Positions 1 through 7,458 of a DNA stretch of 22,838 nt are shown here, in pieces. Position 1 is the first letter of the stretch; each line of letters opens with the position of its first letter. The notes beneath the pieces were generated by a model, which saw only the letters and a list, made by a program, of their open reading frames with translations, searched no databases and was not told the DNA's origin. The position numbers and the translations under genes are program-made. Source of the DNA: Kofleriaceae bacterium (GTDB lineage: Bacteria > Myxococcota_A > Polyangia > Haliangiales > Haliangiaceae); the NCBI GenBank assembly GCA_046597055.1, contig JBKJLC010000107.1:1-22838 (forward strand), written 5' to 3'.

Positions 1-108
1 GCACTCGTGCATCCACGCGACACCCTCGGCCTCCGACCGCTTCCAAGCGGGTCGCGGCCTGGCTTCGAGGCGATAGCGACTGGTGTGCTCGGCCCGAGGT
101 TGGGCCAT
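1..108 (-). CDS. Possible 5' end of a gene running off the window (MAQPRAEHTSRYRLEARPRPAWKRSEAEGVAWMHEC...)
   Basis: ATG at 108 opens a frame with no stop to position 1; no recognisable motif or SD. Confidence 0.2.
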   Translation of the reverse strand, partial: MAQPRAEHTSRYRLEARPRPAWKRSEAEGVAWMHEC

Positions 109-205
109 GCCGTCTAGCCGCGATGCGGATCGGGTGGGGTGTAACTGATCGAATCCCGCGTCGTTCTGAGCGCTCGGGTGGGGCAGCCACGGTCGGTTCG
201 GGGGT

Positions 206-283
206 CGGCGCCCGGCCCTCGGGCTCGGCCCTCGGGAGGGTGGCGTGGCTTCCGAGGGCCCGAGACCGAGGGCCGGAGCGCCG
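206..283. repeat. Long imperfect inverted repeat (about 30-bp stem, 16-nt loop)
   Basis: GGCGCCCGGCCCTCGGGCTCGGCCCTCGG (207-235) pairs with CCGAGGGCCCGAGACCGAGGGCCGGAGCGCC (252-282) with one mismatch and two 1-nt bulges. Confidence 0.75.
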
Positions 284-383
284 GGGGCCGAGGTGACGCG
301 TGCACCGCGTCCGCTTGGCCCGCAAGGTCTAGCCGCGCTTTGGTCCGAGGGTCAACCTCAGACGGCGCGATCGCGGCGATGAG

Positions 384-1496
384 TCAGCGATAGCGGGCGA
401 GCCAGCTCGCCCACGCCGCATGATCGGTGTCGGCGAAGGTCTTGCCACTGACGGTCTTCAGGATGGTGTAGGCCCAGTCGTGGTTGTTGGGCTGCTGCAG
501 GCGGAGCAGGGCGAGCAGGGTCTCGCCGTGGGCGCGGATGACCTGGCGATGCAGCCGGGCACCGCCGTCGGCGCCGACCAGCCCGGCGACGATGGCCAGC
601 GCCTTGTTGCGATCGAGGGTCGCCGGGAAGTCGAGGGCGGCCAGGACCGGCGCGAGCGGCACCGGGATCTCCGGATGATGGAGCGCGATCTCGGCGAGCA
701 CACGCATGGCGTTGTTGCGCACGAGGACGTCGGGGTCGCGGATGGCGGGCACCATGAGGGCGACCAGCTCGGTGCCGTCGGCGATGTGGGCGAGCAGGAA
801 GGCCGCGATGGCGCGTCGGCCTCCATCGGCGTCGCGCTGGAAGACCCGGGTGAGCGCCGCCTGGTTGGGGATGACCCGGGACCGGAACTTCGCGACCAGC
901 GGCGCGAGTTCGGGGTGGTCGTAGTCGCCGAAGCAGTGCCACGCACCGCAGGTCGGGCGAAACTCGATGTAGGCCCCGGTCGCGCGGAGGTCTTCGATCT
1001 TCGCCTCGTAGGCCGTCCATGCCTCGAGCAGCCCCTCGGGATCCGGCTCGCGGCCGGTCGGCGCTGGACCGAAGCGCATCCGGCGCGCCTGATCCGCGGT
1101 CTCGACCAGATCGATCGTGATGTACGCGCGGTCGGGCTGGTCAGCCTGCATGTACGTGACGGTCGAGACGTCGGCCCATGCCACGCCCGGCATCGCGCGC
1201 ACCACCGCCGCGGCCCTGGCCTCGTCGATCGCCGGCCAGTCGGTGCGCAGCGCGGGCTCGACCGCGGCGAGGATCGTGGCGGCGCGGGCCGCATCGGTGC
1301 CGTAGACGTCGACGGCGAGCAGCGGCTTGCCGGTCGCGGGCGCCGCGGCCACCAGGGGCGCAGGTGGGGGCGGCGCCGGGGTCGCGTCGGCGGGCGACGC
1401 CACGGTCGAGACCGGCGGTGGCGTGCGGTCGGGACGCGCGCGCGGAGCGGCGTCGCAGGCGGCGAGGACGAGCAAGACGAGCAGGCGAGGGCGCAC
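384..1496 (-). CDS. Lipoprotein with C-terminal HEAT-like repeats
   Basis: Signal peptide with lipobox LAAC; Pro/Ala linker; C-terminal helical repeats (AIRDPDVLVRNNAMRVLAEIA; LDFPATLDRNKALAIV); coding-like codon use. Confidence 0.8.
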   Translation of the reverse strand: MRPRLLVLLVLAACDAAPRARPDRTPPPVSTVASPADATPAPPPPAPLVAAAPATGKPLLAVDVYGTDAARAATILAAVEPALRTDWPAIDEARAAAVVRAMPGVAWADVSTVTYMQADQPDRAYITIDLVETADQARRMRFGPAPTGREPDPEGLLEAWTAYEAKIEDLRATGAYIEFRPTCGAWHCFGDYDHPELAPLVAKFRSRVIPNQAALTRVFQRDADGGRRAIAAFLLAHIADGTELVALMVPAIRDPDVLVRNNAMRVLAEIALHHPEIPVPLAPVLAALDFPATLDRNKALAIVAGLVGADGGARLHRQVIRAHGETLLALLRLQQPNNHDWAYTILKTVSGKTFADTDHAAWASWLARYR

Positions 1497-1564
1497 GGTG
1501 GCTGCGACGGTAGCGCCGCCGCGGTCCGTCCGCGCGGGTCACCCGGCGAGCTGATCAGGCAGGT

Positions 1565-1684
1565 TCACGACATTGCCAGTCGCACCCGATCGTCACTCCA
1601 GAAACACACCCCGCAGGTGAGCCAGGACGGCGATGGTACGAGCAGCGTGCGATGGCCACAGCAGGGACACGGGAAGCCGGGCAT
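1565..1684 (-). pseudogene. CPCC cysteine-rich family protein, truncated (39 aa)
   Basis: MPGFPCPCCGHRTL...CGVCFWSDD matches the CPCC family pattern CPCCG..TL....CxVCFWEDD; stop 7 codons after DD, C-terminal half absent. Confidence 0.6.
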
Positions 1685-1949
1685 GGCGATCACGCGCAGC
1701 GTATCGCGGGACCCCACGCCGGGTTCCGGCGCCGCGGCTACCGCGATCGTGTCCGCTTCGACCGGCAGGCGGAGGTCGTCGGTGAGCGTGCGGATGCGCT
1801 CGGGCGCGGCGCGCACGTCGCCCGGCCGCTTGGTGAGCAGGCGGTGCGGCGCATCGAGGTGCGCGTCGATCTCGCGGCGGCGCTGGAATCCGAGGCCGAC
1901 TGCCCGGCCGTGCCCCGCCGAGGAAGAACGCGATGCCCGACGAGGCGGG

Positions 1950-2056
1950 TCAGGTCGCCATCCACATCAGGTAGAAGCTGACGGCCAGGGCGACGAAGCC
2001 GACCAGCCCATGCCGTAGACCTGGGCCACGTTGTGGGATTCCGGAGTGGTTTGCAT
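1950..2056 (-). CDS. Putative ~35-aa single-TM small protein interrupted by a 1-nt frameshift
   Basis: MQTTPESHNVAQVYGMG then, adding one G to the GGG run near 2006-2008, LVGFVALAVSFYLMWMAT-stop; 107 nt versus 108 needed; sigma54-like motif directly upstream. Confidence 0.45.
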
Positions 2057-2068
2057 GGCGACCACCGC

Positions 2069-2085
2069 TGCATCACACGTGCCCG
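2069..2085 (-). promoter_or_regulatory. sigma54 (-24/-12)-like promoter
   Basis: CGGGCACGTGTGATGCA: GG-N10-GC with GGCACG core, 13 nt upstream of ATG 2056. Confidence 0.5.
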
Positions 2086-2184
2086 GCGGGCCCCCACGCG
2101 GCGCCGCGTGGGGACCCTCTCCTCACCCGCGACCGTCGCAACGAATGGCGCGGGCGCGTCGGGTTCCGTGACACGATGTCCTCC

Positions 2185-2553
2185 GTGAAGCGGGTGTTAC
2201 TGGTCGAAGACGAGCCGTTGATTGCCATGTCGGTGACACGCGCGCTCAGAACCTTCGGGCTCGAGGTCCTGTTCGCGCTCAGCGCCACCGACGCCAAGGC
2301 GCTGATGAACAGCGAACGCTTCGACGTCGTGCTGTGCGATCTGTCGTTGCCGCCCGAGACCGGCTTCGAGGTCCTCGAGGCGCTCCAGCAGCGCGAGCTT
2401 CGGACCCCGGTTGTGCTGTTCTCCGGCAAGGTCGACCTCGATCTCAAGTCGATCCAGGCGACCTACCGGCACGTGGTCGGCGCGGTCATCAAGCCGTGCT
2501 CGGTCGACACCCTGGTCGCGACGCTCAACCGCGCGATCGCGGACGTAGCGTAG
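2185..2553 (+). CDS. Single-domain response regulator (CheY-like receiver)
   Basis: VLLVEDE acidic pocket, FDVVLCD phospho-Asp, LFSG, IKP; start GTG 2185 (alternative ATG 2176). Confidence 0.9.
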   Translation: MKRVLLVEDEPLIAMSVTRALRTFGLEVLFALSATDAKALMNSERFDVVLCDLSLPPETGFEVLEALQQRELRTPVVLFSGKVDLDLKSIQATYRHVVGAVIKPCSVDTLVATLNRAIADVA

Positions 2554-2685
2554 CCTTCCCACGGGCCAGCCGGCGACCGCCACCAGGGTCGCGCGCGAGC
2601 CGCCGGGCCCGCCCGGGCCACGGGCCTGCCGGCCCGCCCGGATGCCCACGCTGGCCGGCGGCGGCTTGCCGCGGCAGCTAGCGGG

Positions 2686-2967
2686 TCAGGATGGGCTCGC
2701 CGAGTCGTCCTTGGGGTTGGCACTCTCGGCGGGATCCACGACGTCGGCGGGGGGCGCGTCCTCCTCGTCTTCGCGGGGCTGGGGGCCAGCGACGATGCCA
2801 GCCAGATCCGGATCGATATCGGGATCGGCGTTGGGATCGCCCGGGTTGGAGGCGGTGGCCGTCTGGCGAGCCTTGCGGTCGGATTTGCGCTGGAGGCGCT
2901 GGGCAGCGCGCTCCTTTTGTTCGAGCTCGCGCTGGCGCTTGGCGAAGCTGGCTTTGCGGTCTGTCAT
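2686..2967 (-). CDS. Small hypothetical protein (93 aa), basic N-terminal helix and acidic tail
   Basis: Strong SD GAGGGAGG before ATG 2967; MTDRKASFAKRQRELEQKERAAQRLQRK...DPDIDPDLAGIVAGPQP. Confidence 0.75.
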   Translation of the reverse strand: MTDRKASFAKRQRELEQKERAAQRLQRKSDRKARQTATASNPGDPNADPDIDPDLAGIVAGPQPREDEEDAPPADVVDPAESANPKDDSASPS

Positions 2968-3016
2968 GCGGGCCTCCCTCGAGGTGTATCCATATAACCG
3001 GACGTGATCGTTACGA

Positions 3017-3101
3017 CGCCAGGCTGGCGCGCACTGTGCGCGAGACCAGACCTTACCGCAAGAGCCCGGGGGACGCTCGCGCACGCAATGCGCGCCTGGC
3101 G
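3017..3101. repeat. Imperfect inverted repeat in a divergent intergenic region
   Basis: CGCCAGGCTGGCGCGCACTGTGCGCGAG (3017-3044) versus CTCGCGCACGCAATGCGCGCCTGGCG (3076-3101). Confidence 0.55.
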
Positions 3102-3200
3102 CATGGGTAGGATCCCCGTGACCTGCCCCACGGGCGTGAATGACCCCCCATCGAGGGTCGTCGGAGGCCCCATGTTACGTTCGCTTCTCTGGAGGAGACG

Positions 3201-4343
3201 ATGCTAGCTCGTACCACTCGCTGGATGATCGTCGCGAGCCTCGCGCTGGCGACCGCCCCGGTCACGACGTTCGCGCAGTCCAACACGGTCGATCGCCGGA
3301 CCCAGCCGCCTCCGGTGCCAGCGCCGGTCCGGCCGCAGCCGGCGCAGGCCCCACCGGTCGTGGTCTACCCGACCGAGGCACCGCCAGCGCCGCGCGCCGA
3401 GCGTCGCGGTCGGGGTCGTCGCAGCATGGTCTGGGTCGAGGGCCGCTGGGACTGGCAGAGCAACGGGTGGGCCTGGCAGCCCGGCCGCTGGGAGCAGGAG
3501 CGCCCCGGCAAGCGCTGGCAGCCCGGTCGCTGGGAACGCCGCGGTGATCGCTTCGAGTGGGTCGCCGAAGTCTGGGTCGACCTGCCGACCTACCCGACCG
3601 CGGCCCCGCCGCCTCCGCGCTCCCGCAACCAGGGCAACCGGCGCGGCTTCGTCTGGGTCGAGGGCCGCTGGGACTGGCAGAACGGCAACTGGGCGTGGGC
3701 CGAGGGCCGCTGGGAGCAGGAGCGCCCCGGGAAGCGCTGGCAACCGGGCCGCTGGGAGCAGCGCGGCGATCGCTACGTATGGACCGCCGACACCTGGCTC
3801 GACGTCCAGCTCTACCCGACCGAGGCGCCGCCGCCACCTCGCACGAACCGGCCGCAGCGCGGACGCCGCGGCATGATGTGGATCGAGGGTCGCTGGGACT
3901 GGCAGAACGGTAGCTGGGCCTGGGTCCAGGGCCGCTGGGAGCGCGAGCGCCGCGGCAAGCAGTGGCGCGCCGGCCGGTGGGATCGCCGCGGTGACCGCTA
4001 CGAGTGGATCGCGGACCAGTGGGAAGACCGTCGGGACGACCGCGGTGACGGCCACGGCAATCACGGCGGCCTCGGCACCCATGGCAACAACGGCAACCAC
4101 GCCGGCCACGGCAACCAGGGTCAGCATGGCCATCCCACCCAGCCGCCGCCGGCACCCCAGGTCGAGCGCGTGGGTCAGCGTGCCGGGTTCATCTGGGCCG
4201 CTGGCAGGTACGAGTGGCGCGACGGCCAGTACGCCTGGATCCCCGGCCATTGGGAGCGGCAAAAGGCCAACGCCCAGTGGTTCGACGGACGCTGGGAGCT
4301 GCAGGGCAACGCCTACGTGTGGGTCGCGGGCGGCTGGCGCTGA
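3201..4343 (+). CDS. Secreted WXXGXW/YXWGXW repeat protein (4 modules)
   Basis: SD GGAGGAG; signal peptide ending TFA; four modules P-T-x-x-PP...W-x-x-G-R-W/Y-x-W; 39 Trp in 380 aa by my count. Confidence 0.9.
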   Translation: MLARTTRWMIVASLALATAPVTTFAQSNTVDRRTQPPPVPAPVRPQPAQAPPVVVYPTEAPPAPRAERRGRGRRSMVWVEGRWDWQSNGWAWQPGRWEQERPGKRWQPGRWERRGDRFEWVAEVWVDLPTYPTAAPPPPRSRNQGNRRGFVWVEGRWDWQNGNWAWAEGRWEQERPGKRWQPGRWEQRGDRYVWTADTWLDVQLYPTEAPPPPRTNRPQRGRRGMMWIEGRWDWQNGSWAWVQGRWERERRGKQWRAGRWDRRGDRYEWIADQWEDRRDDRGDGHGNHGGLGTHGNNGNHAGHGNQGQHGHPTQPPPAPQVERVGQRAGFIWAAGRYEWRDGQYAWIPGHWERQKANAQWFDGRWELQGNAYVWVAGGWR

Positions 4344-4452
4344 AGAGGTGTCGAGGCCTTGATCGCCACCGACGATGCTGCCGGAGACGGCAGCCCCACC
4401 AGCTGCTGCATGCTGGACTGCCAGATCGACAGCACGCGCTGCTGAGCGAACG

Positions 4453-4632
4453 CTACTGCGCGCGCCCGGCTTGCACGCGCAGGCGGCCGCGCTCGTCGCG
4501 CTCGACCGTCACCAGCCACGGCTGGCAGCAGACCGCGCAGTCTTCGACATAGCTACCGCGGGTGTCGGGGTCGACGTACAGGTCGACCCACTCGCGGCAG
4601 TACGGGCAGCGCACACGCGTGGTGTCGTCCAC
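4453..4632 (-). CDS. CPXCG-motif cysteine-rich (zinc-ribbon-like) small protein, 59 aa, absent from ORF track
   Basis: Manual translation MDDTTRVRCPYCREWVDLYVDPDTRGSYVEDCAVCCQPWLVTVERDERGRLRVQAGRAQ; CPYC...YVEDCxVCCxP is the family signature; TAGACT -10 box 5 nt upstream. Confidence 0.88.
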   Translation of the reverse strand: MDDTTRVRCPYCREWVDLYVDPDTRGSYVEDCAVCCQPWLVTVERDERGRLRVQAGRAQ

Positions 4633-4720
4633 GCGGCAGTCTAGCGTTGCGAGGCGCGAGCGCTACCCGGTATGCCGACCGCGTGGAGCGGGTGCGCCGA
4701 TCAGCGCCCCGCGGACCCAC

Positions 4721-4788
4721 GCCGGCCTCAGGGCCACGGGAAATGGGCACGGCTTTCGATCACATCGCGAGGTGATCGATCCCGATGG
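4721..4788 (+). repeat. Partial copy of the dispersed element at 22771-22838
   Basis: GCCGG(C)CTCAGGGCCAC..GGGAAA...CGATCACAT...GTGATC(G/A)ATCCCGA aligns colinearly with the window end. Confidence 0.75.
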
Positions 4789-4825
4789 CCCGAGGCCCGA
4801 GGCCCGAGGCCCGAGGCCCGAGGCC
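4787..4825 (+). repeat. Heptamer tandem repeat (GGCCCGA)x5 + GGCC
   Basis: Perfect units start at 4787, 4794, 4801, 4808, 4815. Confidence 0.95.
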
Positions 4826-4867
4826 GCGGCCAGCCCGTCGAGGCCTGCGGCCCGGAAGCCGCCCGGG

Positions 4868-6730
4868 TTACAGTGGCAGCGCGCCGCGCTTGATCGTGAG
4901 GTGCAGCTCGGCGGTGAGCGCGACGTAGCGGTGCTCGCGCGGCGGCAGCACGAACAGCGGCTCGTCGACCTGGGCCGGGTCGAACCCCTGCTTGCGCAGG
5001 TCGCTCTTCATCTGCTTGAAGGTGCCGGTGACCTCGAGCTCGGGGCGGACGCGCAGGAACAGCGGCCACGCGTAGCTCGGCAGCTGGCCTTGCAGGTGCG
5101 AGGTCAGCGCGTCGAGATCGAGCTGGTCGACCGGGCAGCGCAGCACCAGCGCCGCCATGCCGCAGCGGCCGTCGCTGCCCGGCACCTGCACGCCGTAGAC
5201 GGTCGACTCGGCGACCTGGGCGAAGCCGTTCAGCACCTCGGCGACCTCGTTGGTCGACACGTTCTCGCCCTTCCAGCGGAAGGTGTCGCCGACCCGGTCG
5301 ACGAACTGGGCATGGCGAAAGCCCTGGTCGCGCAGGAGGTCGCCCGAGTTGAACCACACGTCGCCCGGTGCGAAGACGTCGCGCAGCAGCTTCTTCTCGC
5401 TGGCGGCCTTGTCGGTGTAGCCGTCGAACGCGTAGCGGCTGCTGACCTCGCCGATCAGCAGGCCGACCTCGCCCTTGCCGACCTTGATCAGGTGGCCATC
5501 GGGGCTCCGCACCGGCTCGTCCTTGTCGACGTCGTACGCGACCAGGGCGTACGGCGCCGGGCACAGCCCGACCGTGCAGTCGAGGTTGAGCAGGTTGACG
5601 AAGGCGATGTTGCCCTCGGACGCGGCATAGAACTCGTAGACCTCGTCGATCCCGAACCGCGCCTTGAACGCCTTCCAGATGTCGGGGCGCAGGCCGTTGC
5701 CGACGATGCAGCGGATCGCGTGCGCGCGATCGTCGGCGCGCGGCGGCTGGTTCAGCAGGTAACGACACAGCTCGCCGATGTAGACGAACGCGGTCGCGCG
5801 GTAGCGGCGGCAGTCGTCCCAGAACTGGGTGACGCTGAACTTGCGGCGCAGCGCCAGGGCGGCGCCGGTCGACGCCGCCGAGCTCCACGCCACCGTCAGC
5901 GCGTTGTTGTGATAGAGCGGCAGCGCGACGTAGACGATGTCGTCAGGCGTGAGCGCCATCGCGGCCAGGCCGAACCCGCCCGCGGCTTTGACCCACCGGC
6001 TGTGGGTCATCACCGACGCCTTGGGCATCCCGGTGGTGCCCGACGTGTAGATGTAGAAGCAGGGATCGCCGAGCTGCACCTCGCCGAGGGCGGCCGGGGT
6101 CCCCGCCGACGCCGCGGCGACCTGGGCGGCGACGTCGACCACGCCCGCCGGTGGCCGGCTGGCGGTCTCCTCGCGCAGCCACAGCGCGCCGGTCACGGAG
6201 GTCGGCCCCAGCGCGCCCTGGACCTCGGTGAAGGCCTCCCACAGCTCCTCGCCGACGATGAACGTGGCCGCCTTGGCCACGGTCAGGCTGTGCTGCAGGA
6301 CCCGACCCCGCTGGCGCACGTTGACCACCGCGGCGATCGCGCCGAGCTTGACCACGCCGGCGATCGCCAGCAGCAGCTCGGGCCGGTTCTCGACCAGCAG
6401 CGCGACCGCGTCGCCCTTCTTGACCCCGCGCGCGGCGAGCAGGTTCGCCCACCGGTTGCTGCCCTCGTGCAGCTCCCGATGGCTGATGCGGCGGTCTTCG
6501 TAGGCGATCGCGAGGCCGTCGGGGCGCTCGCGGGCGTTGCGCTCGAGGAAGGTGCCGATGGACAGCCGCTCGGTGCGATCCGACTTGCCGATCAGCTTGA
6601 GGCCGCGCGCGATCGACGGCAGCCGGCGCGCGACCGAGCGCGCGTGCGGCGTCCACAGCGTGGGCTGGCGGGCGAGGTGAGCGAGCGTGCGCGCGGAGCG
6701 CGCCAGGGAGCGAAGGTCGACGGGCGGCAT
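4868..6730 (-). CDS. Long-chain acyl-CoA synthetase (FATP/very-long-chain type)
   Basis: AMP-binding motif YIYTSGTTGMPK; FATP signature FVDRVGDTFRWKGENVST; start ATG 6730 with TATCAT 8 nt upstream. Confidence 0.93.
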   Translation of the reverse strand: MPPVDLRSLARSARTLAHLARQPTLWTPHARSVARRLPSIARGLKLIGKSDRTERLSIGTFLERNARERPDGLAIAYEDRRISHRELHEGSNRWANLLAARGVKKGDAVALLVENRPELLLAIAGVVKLGAIAAVVNVRQRGRVLQHSLTVAKAATFIVGEELWEAFTEVQGALGPTSVTGALWLREETASRPPAGVVDVAAQVAAASAGTPAALGEVQLGDPCFYIYTSGTTGMPKASVMTHSRWVKAAGGFGLAAMALTPDDIVYVALPLYHNNALTVAWSSAASTGAALALRRKFSVTQFWDDCRRYRATAFVYIGELCRYLLNQPPRADDRAHAIRCIVGNGLRPDIWKAFKARFGIDEVYEFYAASEGNIAFVNLLNLDCTVGLCPAPYALVAYDVDKDEPVRSPDGHLIKVGKGEVGLLIGEVSSRYAFDGYTDKAASEKKLLRDVFAPGDVWFNSGDLLRDQGFRHAQFVDRVGDTFRWKGENVSTNEVAEVLNGFAQVAESTVYGVQVPGSDGRCGMAALVLRCPVDQLDLDALTSHLQGQLPSYAWPLFLRVRPELEVTGTFKQMKSDLRKQGFDPAQVDEPLFVLPPREHRYVALTAELHLTIKRGALPL

Positions 6731-6755
6731 CGCGGCGGATGATAAACGAGCCCGC

Positions 6756-7274
6756 CTATCCGCGGAGCGCGCGCACGCCGTAATGACCAACCGCGGCCAC
6801 GCCGGTGACGCCGGCGACCGCGGCGAGCGGCCAGGCCGCGCCCGGCGCGTCGGCGACCAGCGCCAGCACTGCGAGAAACTGAGCGACCGTCGCGATCTTG
6901 CCGAGCGTGCCGGCGCGCAAGGGTCGCGCGCGCGCCCGGCCCAGCCCGACCGCCACGCCATAGCCCAGCGCGAGGGGCGCCATCACCAGCTCGCGCGCGC
7001 CGGCGAGCGCGATCAGCGCCGGGGCTGGCCGCTGCTCGACGTACACCGCGAGCAGCGCGATCACGACGAAGACCTTGTCAGCGAGCGGATCGAGCCACCC
7101 GCCGATCGACGAGCCGTGCGGGCTGACGCGGCGCGCGACCCAGCCGTCGAGCCCGTCGGTGACCGCGGCGATCGTGACCACGAGCACCGGCGGCCACACG
7201 CCGAGCGGGTAGACCGCCCAGAACGCAAGTGCGAGCGGGACTCTCGACAGGGTGAGGGCATGGGCGAGCCACAC
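6756..7274 (-). CDS. CDP-alcohol phosphatidyltransferase family (PgsA/Cls-like); start uncertain
   Basis: Signature DGLDGWVARR(x7)GGWLDPLAD; N-terminal ALTLSRV; multiple TM helices. Confidence 0.88.
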   Translation of the reverse strand: MWLAHALTLSRVPLALAFWAVYPLGVWPPVLVVTIAAVTDGLDGWVARRVSPHGSSIGGWLDPLADKVFVVIALLAVYVEQRPAPALIALAGARELVMAPLALGYGVAVGLGRARARPLRAGTLGKIATVAQFLAVLALVADAPGAAWPLAAVAGVTGVAAVGHYGVRALRG

Positions 7275-7458
7275 GGGAGTCGTTTCCGCGGGGCCGTCGT
7301 GACGCGCCGCCGAGGATGGATCAGCATACGGCCGGCGCCGACCGCCACACCACGTCGGGGCAGGTGGGATAACGCCGGGGCGCCGCTCGCGTTGGTCGCG
7401 GCCTCCAGCCGATGACAGCGCGGCAGATTGGGGCGTACCATTGACCCGAGGGAGGACC

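Noticed and set aside
1565..1567. TGA of the CPCC ORF as selenocysteine readthrough
   Set aside because: Not at a conserved Cys position, and the downstream frame does not resemble the family
2554..2685. GC-rich repeats between convergent genes as terminator or ncRNA
   Set aside because: Short, low-complexity matches and no U-tract; not distinguishable from background
3363..4025. Repeat modules plus Avd-like four-helix gene as a diversity-generating retroelement
   Set aside because: Differences between modules are mostly synonymous and not adenine-specific; all copies lie in one ORF; no reverse transcriptase in the window
4787..4825. CRISPR-like array
   Set aside because: Contiguous 7-mers with no spacers; no cas genes
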